From the NCBI RefSeq assembly GCF_009914755.1, contig NC_060947.1: DNA of 64,000 bases, one strand, 5' to 3'. The position numbers and the translations under genes are program-made. This DNA is from the human T2T-CHM13v2.0 reference genome, Homo sapiens. This document shows, piece after piece, positions 46,890 through 61,530 of the stretch. Within the stretch, counting starts at the first letter, position 1. Every line of letters starts with the position of its first letter. The notes beneath the pieces were generated by a model. The model searched no databases and had not been told where the DNA came from. It saw only the letters and a program-made list of their open reading frames with translations.

Positions 46890-47332
46890 TTTATTACTCA
46901 GGTTATGCCCAGTTATGCTGCAGTAACAAACCACCACCATCTCTTAACAGCAAATGTTTGTTTCTCACTCACACAGCATATATATTACAGGTCATTTCTG
47001 CTAAATGTCCCTTCATCCCATGACCCAGGCTATCAAAGCTACCACTATTTTGAAAGTTGTTGGTTGGCACATGTATACATATGTAACAAACCTGCATGTT
47101 GTGCACATGTACCCTAGAACTTAAAATATAATTTTAAAAAGAGAGCTCTGGAGGGTCTTGTACTAGCAATTAAATGCTTTGGCATAGAAATGACAACATT
47201 GCTTCCATTCATGACACATTGGCCAGAGGTAGTCACTTGGCCCTATCTAACCACAAGCCATTCAGGAAATGCAATCTAACTTAGGATGCAGAAGGGAGAA
47301 GAGCCAAAAGTGAGATGCACTAATGATCACAC
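46890..47332 (-). mobile_element. MLT1 (J/K-like) LTR interrupted by a tiny L1PA 3' end
   Basis: ttatgctgcagtaacaaac...gagagctctggagggtcttg...cattggccagaggtagtcacttggccc. Confidence 0.65.
47065..47140 (+). mobile_element. ~75-bp L1PA 3' terminus
   Basis: tggcacatgtatacatatgtaacaaacctgcatgttgtgcacatgtaccctagaacttaaaatataa, near identical to 26975-27041. Confidence 0.92.
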
Positions 47333-47429
47333 AAAGTTAAAGAGGTTCTATGTATTATATTTCTGCATCCATTCCAGTGCCCTTCATTCTAGATTTTAAC
47401 CCATAAGAACATTAAAACTGTATTGTGGA

Positions 47430-48152
47430 ATCAAAACCACAATGAAATATTATTTTCATATCTATTAAGCCACAAGAGAAAAATAACAAGTATTGCCAGG
47501 ATGTAAAGAAATTGGAATTTTCATACATTGCTGGTGGGAGTGTAAAATGGTGCAGCCACTTTGGAAAACAATTTGGCAGTTTTTCAAAATGATAAATATA
47601 GAGTTTCCATATGATTCAGCAATTCCACTCTTAGGTATATACCCACAAGAAATGAAAACATATGTCCACATACAAACTTGTACACAAATGTTTATAATCA
47701 CATTATTTATAATAGTCAAAAATGGAAACAACCCAGTTGTCCATCAACTGATAAAAAGATAAATAAAATGTGGTGTATTTGTATATATAATGAAATATTA
47801 CCCAGCAATAAAAATAAATAACTGATACATGCTACAACTTGCATGAACCTTGGAAACATTATGCTAAGTGAAGGAATCCAATCACAAAAGACCACATATT
47901 ATGTGATTCCACTTACATGAAATGTCCAGAATTGGCTAATCCATAGATGCAGACAGGTTACTGGTTGCCCAGGGCTGGGGGTGTTGGGAGGAAACAAGAG
48001 TGACTGTTAATGTGTACAGGGTTTCTTTCTGGGGTAATAAAATAGTCTAAAATTATATTGTGATGGTGATTGCACAACCCTGCAAATATTGAATTGTATA
48101 TTTTAAATGAGTGAATTGTATAGTAAGAAAATATCTCCACAAAGTTTAAAAA
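47430..48152 (+). mobile_element. L1MB-like 3' end
   Basis: ORF 47493-47762 IHCWWECKMVQPLWKTIW...AIPLLGIYP followed by 3'UTR. Confidence 0.88.
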
Positions 48153-48346
48153 AGTTATATTGCAGAATCCATCTTTAGGACATATTTTAATGGTTTTAAA
48201 TGGAAGTAGCAGAAAAGCAGGATGCCCAAATCTCATCATTGTAATATTAGTTAGACTTGGATTTCTCCCATTTAGGCATCATACTGTTCTTTATCATTTT
48301 CTCCATCTTTTAGCACATGGCCATTGTCACAGAGTGACAATGTTCC

Positions 48347-48592
48347 TTTTTTATTATTATTATACTTTAAGTTCTAGGGTACATGTGCACAACGTGCAGG
48401 TTTGTTACATATGTATACATGTGCCATGTTGGTGTGCTGCACCCATTAACTTGTCATTTACATTAGGTATATCTCCTAATGCTATCCCTCCCCCCTCCCC
48501 CCCCCCTCCCCACAACAGGCCCCGGTGTGTGATGTTCCCCTTCCTGTATCCAAGTGTTCTCATTGTTTAATTCCCACCTATGAGTGAGAACA
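48347..48592 (-). mobile_element. ~245-bp 5'-truncated L1PA4-6-like insertion
   Basis: ttattatactttaagttctagggtacatgtgcac...; putative TSD aatgttcc (48339-48346) / aatgtccc (48593-48600). Confidence 0.93.
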
Positions 48593-49049
48593 AATGTCCC
48601 AATAGCAATGACCTCTAACACCTTAGTAGGAAGACATAGGCAGCATAAGGAAGCTATTGTTAAGAGTAAGAGCCTCTCTCATTTTGCTAAGCATATTTTT
48701 CTTTTGATAAAACATGTATGAATGTTACTTTTTGAAATGAGTCTTATAATTTAATATCATTTTTCCTAGGCTTTTAGAAATATTATATCCAAATTCAATG
48801 CTAAAACATCACACCTATATTAATTCCTATTGTGAGTGTGATGACAACTTTATTTCCTTGATCTTGATTTTTAAAATTCTATATTCTTCCTTTAAGTCTA
48901 TCTCATATCACCTCTTACTCTCTCTAGCTTTATTTCAATCGTTTATTTCTTCACTGTCTTCCCCCATTGTCCTTCTCCCTCATGCTCATGATGGTTTCTA
49001 CTATCCACCTTATCAGCTCCCAGAAGCCTGAAAGCTATTAAAAAAAAAA

Positions 49050-49960
49050 AAAATCAGTGGTGCAGATTGGGGACTACTGATCCTGCTAGATTACTAACAC
49101 CTACAGAGCTAGCCTATCTGAGGATCAATTCTCATATAATTACCCAGTCAGCTGTTCATTATTTTAATCCTCCTTTCTTCTCAAGCCATCAAATCCTACC
49201 CCTTCTCCCTCACTTTCAACAAATGTTCACACATACTATTTCTTATGCAAAACTGAAACCTTCAGATGAAACTCCAACCTCCAGCCACATATCCTACAAA
49301 CTGTCCATTCTATTGTAATGAAATAAATGCCCCTACAATTGATGACCAATACCCCTATTTCTGCTCAAATGTCTTCATCTGATTTTTATTCTTTCTCTCG
49401 CTGTCCTCATTCTTTTTATCTCCATTGCTTATTTCTTATGAGAATTCAAATAGCTGAAGTCTCTTCCATCTTAAGGATATCTGTCCTTGACTTCAAGCAT
49501 TTGTGCAGCCAGGGTCCTATCTCTCCAACCCCTTCCCAGGCAAGATTTTAAAAGACATGTGGTTCCCAGTGTTTCATTTCCTTGCCTTTCCCTCAGTCTT
49601 CTGACTATTCAATTAGGTTCCTTTTTTCATCACTCTGGTGAACTGCATCACTCTGTCTGTACTAATAATCTCCATGCCATTAGTCTGGTGAATTATTTTC
49701 AGTCCTTTTATTTTACTTGACCTTTTGGTTATATTTGACTCAGTTGATTACTTTTTCTCAAAAATTTATTTTCTCTTGAGCCCGGTGACCCCACATGTTC
49801 TTGCTTCTTGTTCTGCCAGTTGAGTCCTTCTCAGTCTCCTCTCTATACTTCTTTTCTTCCATTCATCCCTTTGTGTTGATGTTCCTTCTAACTCTGGCCT
49901 AGGCCTTATTTATTTTCATTCTAAATGATATACCTGGATGATCTTGTACCATATCATGTT
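49050..49960 (+). mobile_element. Decayed L2
   Basis: Pyrimidine-rich; L2 ORF2-like motifs (ttttcagtcctttattttacttgacc...atttgactcagttgatta). Confidence 0.55.
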
Positions 49961-52489
49961 CAAGAGCAAGCAATTTGGACCAAAGGATTCCTGTTCATTT
50001 TTCAATGTTTACTGTGAGATCACCCCTTAGGTCTAGGTCTTTAAATGTAAATAAGCTCTGTTTCCTTGGAGGAATTTTTGGGAAGGAGGGAATCTTATTC
50101 CCATATCTGGGAGTTTCTCGTACTATCTCTTGATTTGTATAGTTATTTCTAAAGAGCTATATCTTCATATCGTTTTCTACAAAATAAAATTTGTATCATT
50201 TAACTGGATTTGTTGGTGTCTTTCCATAGTTCATATTATAGCCCCATTATAACATTAATATCAATCAGTGTCAGAAGTAGAATTGATATAAAGGCCTCAG
50301 ATCCTAATGATCAAAGTTATTAGGCAAAGATATTGCAGCAAGTCATACTGATACCAAAAGAACCGGTTGATGGATTGACCATCCTTCACATCAGAATGAA
50401 TACCTCTGTAGTGGGTAATAAAAAAGGAATTATTCCAAGAGAGAAGGATTACCCCTCTCTTAACTCTGAGTTTCTTGTCACTGTGGACTGAACATGAATT
50501 ACAATCCCAAATTTTACCAAATTACAATTTCTTGGTTTCTTTCATTGGCTGTAGCCAAGGTCTTCAACTGACACTGAAACCATGACAGTATGCTAGGATA
50601 GATCCATCAGGAATGGCAGCATCTGAAATAAGGAAAGTACGTCTCAACCAAGTGTTCTACAGACGGATGAAAGGCTATTTATTAGGCAAAATTAGGTTTA
50701 AGTGTGAGAAGGAAAGAAAGAGCCGAGATTTGCTTATTCTCACTAACCCAGGGACGCAGCTCTCAAAGGGGAAAAAAGGGAAGTCTTGTGATTATTTTAA
50801 GCTATATTAAATTTATTATGTATAGAAACTAATCTATGTTTTCTTTATTTTAACTCCTCTTCTGAAAAAGTGCTATGAACATGGAGCTCTTTGATTTGGG
50901 CATCCCAAAAACAGTTTTAATGGCATACAGAAGTTTGGGTCTCAGAAATAATTTTCCATGTGAACTAGACACATTCTAGGAGGAAAATAAAAATATTTAA
51001 TTGACATATGAAACTTCCATTTAAGAAAACTTAATTTCTTTTTGAAAGTTATGCTTAAGAGATGGGCATGAACCCAGCGAAATACAGTACTAAGAATGTC
51101 TAAGAAGTTGCAAAATATATTCATGATTATGTCCAGAGTGGGCCATGGTTGCTAAGCATACTGATTTAAAATTGTCTCAAGACAATGAAACTAAAGTGTT
51201 AAATAACTGATATTTGCAGACACAACTTTGGGAAAAGATGAGCTAGGGACAGAGCCAACTAAGATAAAGAAGGAGACATTGGCACGAAGCCCAGATCATC
51301 TCAAACCTTGGAAAAAGACCAACTGCTTTTTCCAGTCTGGAGCCTGTAGAATTTGACTTGAAACTCTAAGAAGTTGTATGGAGGGTGGGCAAGGGCTTCC
51401 TTCCACTCCCCTACTCTTTCAATGAAAGTGATTCAAAATTGGGAAGTTCCCCCAAGAGAAGGTTAGCTAAATGAGATTTTATTTTAAAATAGAAAGAAAA
51501 AGAAATCCTCTAGCTTCTTTCGTAAATTAAAAAACATCCTGAGAGAGAGAAGGAAGGACAAGCAGGGGGAAAGGTAGCTCAAATAAGACATTTTTGATCA
51601 AGTTGGATCCTACAAAGGGAAGATAGATTAAGCCCTTCTGCAAGATAGATTGAAGATGGGGACACCTGCCTTTAGCAGAGCAGCAGCCATTAGCAGAAAT
51701 AATATCACAGGGCATCCATAAGTGAAACTATGTGGCTCTCAAGTATTGGTGTTGCCTCTACCTGAATGTAGATGCTAATTAAACATAGGATGAGAATCTC
51801 AACTGAACTACAAGCAAGTAGAATCCAAACCAATAAATTATTAGGGAGTATAAGGTTTGGACCACAGGAACTACCAAGTTGTTAAAAAATAAATTACTTG
51901 CTCCTAGCCCTTTCTAGTTCCAGGTGGAATCCCAACATGCAATAGGCCCCATTTAGGTTTGGCCAAAGCTATATCTAACATTTGAGAATCTTATTATGCC
52001 CTGTTTACCAAGTTATATAAGAAGAAAGTGACTGATTATTTCCTGTCTGTAGTAGTTGTACATCTACACAGAATTAAACATTAGAGAGGCTAAATCCTTG
52101 CAAAATGTTGGATAACTGCATCAAAATATTCTATAGCTACTGTTGTTATTATCATATTAATAAATTATTAATATCTGTTTTATGTAGAGATTAAAACTTC
52201 TGGGATAGGGCCAAAAATGTTGGAGAATTACTTGTACGGGGATTTTAGGATATGCAAATATAATGTGATTACAGAATTGCAAATGAAATGTGTTATAATC
52301 CAAATGTGCTAGTATCTTCTGATTTGGCCCTTGTGGAAGTCAAACAATTCATAGATATTTATTTGAGCTCTTGAGGTTAAGTTTTATAAGTGTCTCAGAT
52401 TTCTTAGTATCAATTTGGTTATATTTTCTAACATTCTTAGTTTTTGAAAAGATAGACTGGCACAGGACTAAGTCATTTAAATATATTTT

Positions 52490-52970
52490 GTGTCAGCTCT
52501 TCATTGCCACAATAATGCTTTATGACAAACAAACCCTTCAGTAGCATAAAACATCAAGTGTTTATTGTTCACACATCTCGAGTGGTTGGTTGAGGCGTCT
52601 CTGCTGTTCTTGGCTGAGCTTATTAACGTGTGGATATTGCTCACTCTTGGTTGATCTTGGCTGAGTGTGGCTTGGGTAAGTGGGGCAACTCAAATATCTT
52701 ACATGTGTCTTTTATCTTCCTGAGTATATTTTATGGCAGAGGAAGCAATACAAGGGAAAGAGCAGAAAAGTAAAAGGCCTCTGCAGAACCGCAGAAGTAG
52801 CATGCCATCACCTTCACCGCATTCTACTGGCTGGAGCATGTTGCAGTCAACACAGATAAAAGAGATGGGAAAATACAGTCTCTTTAGTGAGAGAAACTGC
52901 AAAGTCATATGGTAAAAGACATGGACACAAGGGAGGTTGCAGATGAAGAACTGGAATAGAATCCATCATA
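52490..52970 (-). mobile_element. MLT1 (F-like) LTR
   Basis: tgtgtcagc...attgccacaataatgct...aactgcaaagtcatatggtaaaagacatggacacaagggagg. Confidence 0.7.
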
Positions 52971-53030
52971 TATATGATTGATTCTATTAATAGTAATAAT
53001 ATATATAATATGTAATAGTATTTTATTTAG

Positions 53031-53031
53031 A

Positions 53032-53096
<65 letters not shown>

Positions 53097-53098
53097 GC
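53031..53098. repeat. (TG)n(TA)n compound microsatellite
   Basis: Direct reading. Confidence 0.97.
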
Positions 53099-53399
53099 CT
53101 TTAAAAAGTTGCAGTTTAACATTAAGATGCCCGTGATAAATAATAAGTTATGATGCTAGGACTCATAACAATAAAAAGTTAAAAAAGAGCTTTGGGAGAA
53201 ACCCTTCAAAGTTTACAATTATCTGTATTGTCCCATTCCTTGACATTGCTGGCAGGTTTATGGGAATCTTGCTGAAATATTGGGTAGCCTGTGTCTCTGT
53301 ATTCCTTGGTGTTGTTCCCTTGGAAGAATGTTGGGATTTCCTTTTCTCTTTCAGACAAGTGGTTATTGACAGGTACAGACAAGGGAGATCATTCCGATC

Positions 53400-53620
53400 A
53401 AAGAATGGCATTTTGTTTTTTCTGTAAAGGGCCAGACAGTAAACATTTTAGGCTTTGTAGGTCATGCAGCCTCTATCACAACCACTCTGGCATTATACTA
53501 CCAAAGCAGCAATAGACAGTATACAAACAAATACACATGTTTGTGTTCCAATAAAATTGTATTTAAAAATCAGAGAATTGGCTGGATTTTGCTAATAGGC
53601 AGTGGTTTGCTTACCCTTGA
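53400..53620. mobile_element. MER58A-like hAT-Charlie MITE
   Basis: tttctgtaaagggccagacagtaaacattttaggctttg...gtgttccaataaaa...tggtttgcttacccttg. Confidence 0.85.
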
Positions 53621-54409
53621 TCTAAACTTTAATACGTTGCTGCCAATTCCATGATGCTTGAGCAAGAGGAAGAAAAAATAGACTTCTAAAAACGGAGCAA
53701 TAATATAAATTGAGAGCATTGTTTGTTGTGACAAAATATGGCACGATACACCAGAAGGTACTGGAAGGAATACTTAAAATAGATTAATAAACATATTAGA
53801 GCAAAGTAAAAAAGAAACCTGAATACTTGGACTTTGGAGAAAAGGTACTTTTTCTGCCCCATGTCAGTGGTTTGAAGTTCCTATGTTACCTCGCTCTGCT
53901 TTGAGTTCTCTTGTGAAATAATACAATGTGCTATCTCTGGTACCCAGATGTTGATTTCTATGGGGAAAGAGAACTCAGAATGAACCTGGAATTTCCTCTT
54001 GTGGAAAAGCAAGGATATATTTTTAAATTTCTGGAGATAATGGCCCTTAAAATGTTTCCTCTCAGCCGGATTGTGATAAATTAAACATCAAAAAGTAGGC
54101 AACACTAAGTTGGGACCAGTTGAGCCTGTGGAAGACATTAAATCCACATTGACACTCACGAAAGGAAAATAATAAATACACATCCAAGAGAATATTCCTA
54201 CTGCCTATTAATTTTGATTAATTATTTGTATCAATTATCAGAACAGGAAGAAGGTGGGGAACAAATAACCCAAGTGATGAAGGAATATGGAACACTTTAG
54301 TTTGTTTACTAGATACAGTACTTTCTTTGTGTAGTTTGAAAACAATTTAATGCATTTCATGTGAGCTACAAGTTAGCATATTCCCATTGGTCATTTCATC
54401 ATCTCTCTC

Positions 54410-55248
54410 TCTCCGTGGATGTCTCAAATTTAAGTCCACAATTAAGTCATCAAATTTAGACACACACACACACACACACACACACCACACATTTCTCTTC
54501 CAGTGTTTCATATTTCTGTAAAGGAACCACCATCTACCCAACTGAAATGGCCACGCTTTTCAACTTTTCATTCAATTGATTTTCAAATTCTGTGTAGTTT
54601 TCTGCTTATATGTCTCTCAAGTTTATCTTCTCTCCATGCACCCGACTATCCTGGTTCAGGAGATGATATTTTTTCTTTCTTTCTTTCTTTCTTTTTTTTT
54701 TTTTTTTTTTTGTGAATGGGGCCTGTCGTGGCCTCCTAACTGGTCCGCTCCCTGGAGTTTTGATTCCCTCCAATACAGTTCATTCTCTAGTTACATAATC
54801 ACAAATATGGTCACAGCACTCATTCTTTAAAACCCTTTTATGGTTCCTAAATCCCTTATGACAAAGGTCAGATGCCTTAACTCAACTCATGAAGCCTTCC
54901 GTGATCTGGCTACAGCCTTCCTGTTCTGCTTCACATTTCCCCTTTGCCTTTTATGCTTAGCCCTTCTGAGCTGTCTTGAATGCACTAGTGCCTCTATGAC
55001 CTCACACTTACTGCTTTCTCCTCACACCCACGTCCCCACACCCATCTCCTCTCAACCCTCAACCCATTCACCTGCTCACTCCTGCACTCTTCTTCCATTT
55101 GGAGGGCATTTTCTGTCTTACTATTTTACACTATGGAACTCAAGAAGGTAGAGGCTGCTCCTGATTCACACACTGTTGTATTCCTAGTACCCAGCACCAT
55201 TTCTGGCACATAATAGATGCTCCATAAATAATTGTTGAATGGGTGAAT
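54410..55248 (+). mobile_element. L2 3' region with internal (CA)n (54460-54491) and T-rich tract (54670-54711)
   Basis: ggatgtctcaa...caccatctaccca...gtattcctagtacccagcaccatttctggcacataatagatgctccataaataattgttgaatg. Confidence 0.7.
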
Positions 55249-56615
55249 TTGTACTTTAATTACTTGGATACGTATGTATTTGGCTGAAGACCTAAAGACT
55301 AAATGCATTTTAGAAAATTAAAAAGAATGTATAATTTGGAAAAATATACATCTTTGGCTAGACTATAATGTTATTAACATCAGAATCCATAATTTTCTTA
55401 ATTACTTTTATATCTCCACAAAGCCTTGCAGGATGCCGTGTGACAGATGAATTGTTTATTACCACAAATTCCCAAATTCCTAATTTAGTTTCAAATGAGC
55501 AATAACTCCACATTTATTTTTCTTTTTTTCTAAAAAACTTCTAACTTTGGAAGGTTGTATATATATCTGCTAATTTAGGACCAAAAACAATTCAATAGGG
55601 GTTTTCCTTAGTTTAAAAAGTTATATTTTTAAAAATTTACTATACGATGGGTTTTATGAATATATCCAATCTTTTTTGTACTTGTTTCTTGTCAGAAATG
55701 ACCCTAAAAGACCGTTTTACATTTTGTAAGTTAAATCAAAAATGAAAGGTATGGTCTGACCAACACGTGGGAGATCAACTCTATTTTAACTATATGTTAA
55801 AGCTTAATGATAGGAAAGAAAATGCACCAAACTGGTTTTCAGAAAAGCCACATTCAAATCTGTCTCTGACACTTCTATGATGTTTAGCTACATGGCAAAC
55901 TTACAAAGTCCGAATCCCTAAAATGTAAGCTTAATGAGAGCAAAGATTTTGTCTGCTTATCTCCTGCAATAGTGCATTAATAACAGTTATTGCCAAACAA
56001 ATATTTGTTTAATTAATAACTGAAACATTGGTCCATGTACTCCCTTTCAGTTTCAGATTGCTACAAAATGAGGTAATAGTACATTTCTGGCAATTTCAGC
56101 AAATTATTGGGATAGGAAAAAATGTATATTTGAAAAGCTTTAAATCTAGAGAGAACTACACACGTTTAAGATGTTATTAACAGCTTTGTGGTTTCCCTCT
56201 AATGTCTGTAATCTGAATACCCAATTTTACTGGATTATTCATCTCATCATAGCTGGGGTTCTGTGCCCTATCATTGCAATATATGATTAGTATTATTTTA
56301 TTATAAGTATATTACAAGTTTGAAATAAGATATGAGAGTAAAGATATTGCCAGTAACACTAATAATTTGAAAACAGTTTATGTTTAAGAAAAAATAGTTT
56401 TGATATAGTGACAAATTAAGAATCTAGAGAGCATGGTTTCACATGGAATAATTTCAGAGGCAAAAAAGGACACATTTGCATAATTAACATTTATATAAAA
56501 TTTTATAATTTTTAAACATTTCATATGCATGATCTCACTTAATTTTTGCAGTAGTCCTTTTGTATATAGACATTATTGTTTCATAAATGATGACATTGAG
56601 GAACAAAGAGAATAA

Positions 56616-57812
<1,197 letters not shown>

Positions 57813-58789
57813 ACTATGTTGGGAAAATAGTTTGCATAAAATAGAAAGACATAGAAAATAAAGACAGCCAGTAAATGCACATGTACATAAACATATGTCA
57901 ATATAGCTTGTTGGATTCAAAATCTGAACCTTGATTTGGTTTTGTTATAGCCTCCTCTGGCCAGAGGATCAAATGAACTGGGGCGTGTGAGAAGTCCCAG
58001 ATGAAAGGGATTATATCATTGCCATGGTTCAGATATAGCCCTTGTAGCTTATAACAAGAGATACAACTGTGAGTGATAAAAGCACAGAGCCCATTGTTTA
58101 AGGAGGAAAGTCTGGTTGGTTTATGGGTTTTTTTTTACAGGCTCTTAGTTACTTTCAGTTTGAAAAATTGATATCCATTATCAGACTAGCAACAGTCAAC
58201 TCCTGGGGCTTTTTGCTAAAATTAGTTTTGATACCTTAAAGAATATTGATGACATTTTAGAGTAGAACAGCCTAACAGATCCAAAATAAAAGCTTTCTAA
58301 AAAAGGCTTTATCCTTTAGTTTTATCAAGAGGCCAAAAAAGAAATAAAAAATGAGTTCTGCTATTAGACGTAAAGGCTCCAGTCATTTCTATTTATACAA
58401 CTGCTCAACTTTATCTACCATAAAGTAAAATAGGAGGCAGCACCACATGTCTGAGTAAGCCTGGTGTGTGCATCCTAATTCCTTTTGGGTTATGAGTTGT
58501 TTTCCTTTGGTATAATTTTAAGCCATTGAATTAGGTGAGGACTGTCTCTGGTGTCCTACATACCAAAACTACCATCCCATGCTTTTTCCCCAACCCTCTA
58601 CCCACAGAGATTCTCTTTCTGCCCCCCCTTAAATTCTAAGACATCTTCTGTTAATTGGATTTATCTGAGAAGGAGAAAAATCTGTGATCAGAGCGGATTC
58701 GTTTCATGTGTTATTCCTCTTCTCAGGAGCATTTGCAATTAAAAGAATGTCATGGGGAAAATGTTTTCTAATTATATTTACCATAGTGG

Positions 58790-59145
58790 GTTTATTAGTG
58801 AGGATATGCAAAGCTCTGCTATAGTAACAAACCTCCAAATTTCAGTGGTCTGCCATAGCATCGGCAAACACCTCATGCAGGGCACAATCTAATGTGGGCT
58901 AGGAGGCATCTTCTGCCTGCCTTTCTCCCAACTGCTGACTCAGAAATTAGTGACTTTTATTTTGCAGTCTGGCATCTTGAAGTTCTTTGCTTCTAAATGT
59001 GTCGACCTAAGAGTGAAAGAGGATTGAACAGGTAACCTGTTCTTAATTTCCTGGGACTAGAGGTGAACAACATTCCTATTCAAGTTGCATTGGTTAGGGT
59101 TAGTCACAAAGAGCATGGTAGCTGGGAAATGTGGAGAGCAAAATG
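58790..59145 (-). mobile_element. Old MLT1 LTR
   Basis: tgctatagtaacaaacctccaaatttcagtgg...cattggttagggttagtcaca...gctgggaaatgt. Confidence 0.55.
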
Positions 59146-59239
59146 AGATATGTTAGGGAGAGGGAAATTCAGGAATCCATAAAACCATGCCAGCAGAGAA
59201 TTACCCTCTGCACCAAAAGATCAGCTCAAGATTGTGTTA

Positions 59240-59790
59240 TGAGTTCAGCAAATCTCTACTGAACATTTATTGTGTGCCAAGAACTGTGCTAGGTGCTGGG
59301 CACACACAAAAGAAAATTGTGGTTATTACCCTCAAGAAAATCACAATGGAATGAGGGAGATTGGTGAATGTCTATGATACAGTTTGACATTTACAATAAC
59401 AGACATTGTATAAGTTACATTTGAATAATGTGTACCTCTTCAAGGCTGCTACATGAGAGTGTGAACCAGGAGAAGCTTTGCAAAGGAAGTGACTCCTCCC
59501 CAGATGTTAGGAGTTTTGCAGGCAGAGAAAGAGATCAAGAAAAGATCTGTGAGGAAGAACTAACAAGATCAAAACTGCACAAGCAACGAGAACATGCTGT
59601 GTTGAGGATGCTACAGTGGAATGCAGGAGCTTAATTTCAAGGTGAGTCATAGTAGAATGTGAGGCTGGAGAGCTGGGCTGGGGTCAGCTTCTGTAGATAC
59701 CTCTTTTTAGCCACGCTGAAGTGCTTAGAGTCTTGTGGACAAAGGGAAACTGCTAAAGGGTTCTGAACAGAAGGAAAATCAGTGTCTAAG
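59240..59790 (-). mobile_element. L2 3' region
   Basis: ttcagcaaat...actgaacatttattgtgtgccaagaactgtgctaggtgctggg. Confidence 0.65.
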
Positions 59791-59849
59791 CTACTCTTGA
59801 AAGCTTAAAACTTCCTAACCTTTATTTAGCTTTCACCCTGAGCCAAAAG

Positions 59850-60045
59850 TGGAGCACTTCATATGCATAATTTTATTTCATCCTCCTAGAAACCTTAAGA
59901 AGTATTATTATTATTATTGCCATTTAAGATGAGGAAACTTGAGGCACAGAGAAGGTCAGTAATTTTCCCAAGGATACACAGCCAGTATGTGAGGAAGCCA
60001 TGATTAAAACCTAAGCAATATGATGCTGCAGTCAGATCCTTTTAT
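59850..60045 (-). mobile_element. MIR
   Basis: gatgaggaaacttgaggcacagagaaggtcagtaattttcccaagg. Confidence 0.75.
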
Positions 60046-60051
60046 CTAGAC

Positions 60052-60364
60052 CATAGCTGTTCAATAGAAATATAATGTGAACTAATGTGAACCACTTAGA
60101 AAATTTAAATATTCTAGTACTCACATGAAAAAAATGTAAAAATGAAACAAGCTAAATTAATTTTAACAGTTTAACACAATACAGTCAAAATATTATTTCA
60201 GTTTGTAATCAATATAAAACACAATGAGATAGTTTACATTATTTTTTCGTACAAGGTCTTTGAAATCTGGTGTATTACACTTGCAGTACATCTCCATTCA
60301 GACTATCCACATTCCAAATATCCAAGTCTCATGTGGCTAGTGGCCATTGTATTGGACAGCGCTA
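60052..60364. mobile_element. MER33/MER3-like hAT-Charlie element
   Basis: TIRs catagctgttcaata ... tattggacagcgcta; degenerate 8-bp TSD atctagac / acctagag. Confidence 0.82.
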
Positions 60365-61289
60365 ACCTAGAGAATTTACTTCTGTGGTTTTAGGGGAATT
60401 TAGCTGTAGGGTACTAAGGAGCCATAAAAGTAAATTCTGCTCCTGTTTGGGTGGTTCATTTCTGGTCACAAACACAGATTAAATAGCTTGATTTCAGATA
60501 ATTTTCTGCTCCTAAAACTTGTTCTAAAGTCCTCTGTTCCTCCTCATGGCAGTATTCAGTAGTAATTACACCTCTCATCCTAAATTAGCACATCTGGCGC
60601 TTATAGGTGTCATGGTTCATTGTCACGACTATAAGTGACAGATGGACTATTCAAATTCCTCATGCAGAAGGGACCACAATATGTCCAGTATCTAGTAAAT
60701 TTTCTCTACTGAGTTTGATTCCCTCAGAGTGATGGTAGATATTATATATGCCCAGCGTGTTTTGAATGCCAATGTGGAAATCTTAGCAATTCCAATTAGG
60801 GTCAGCTTGTTGTACTCATGGGGGTAACATTAAACATGGATAACTGAGTTTTCCAAACAGAGGATGACCCCACTGTTTGTCCTTCATAAATATACATGGT
60901 CCCTTAGCCTATTTAACTAAACTCCTATCTAAATATGGCCTGTGGGAAGGAAGAATTTATACAAAACAATCTAATAGTATGTCCGAAGACCCTATATGCC
61001 CCCACACCAGACTTCATTGTGCCCATTATATACCTTTACTGAAAATCTATTCATCTGCCATTCTCATGCCAACCAGAATAACACACTGTATTTTGAAACA
61101 CAAAACACATATGATAAGTTTGTCTGTGAGAAAAAGTTGTGTTTTACGCTACCATGGAGTAAATTTTACCTCTTTTAAAATCTGCAATTTAATAAACCTT
61201 TTGGAGTTCCTATGACTAAAGAATTATCTTAGACTTTGTGAGATGGTGATGGATACACAAATAATTACATACTGTCTCTGACTACAAGT

Positions 61290-61530
61290 AGGCTAACACA
61301 GTGGCTAAAAGTTTGGATCCTAATCTAAGACAGATCTGAATTAGAGCTGCAATATCCTTGTTTGTTTGACTTTATGTGAGTTGTTTAAACTCTCTAAGCC
61401 TTTGGTTCTACATCTGTAAAATGGAGTTAATGACAGAACTTCTCTTGTAGGGTTGTTGTGAGAATTAGAAGTATGAAATATGGAAAGCACTCAGCTTAGT
61501 AATTGGCAAAAAATAAGTGGCCGATAAGGA
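61290..61530 (+). mobile_element. MIR, near full length
   Basis: acagtggctaaaag...aactctctaagcctttgg...catctgtaaaatggag...agggttgttgtgaga...aaagcactcagc. Confidence 0.78.
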
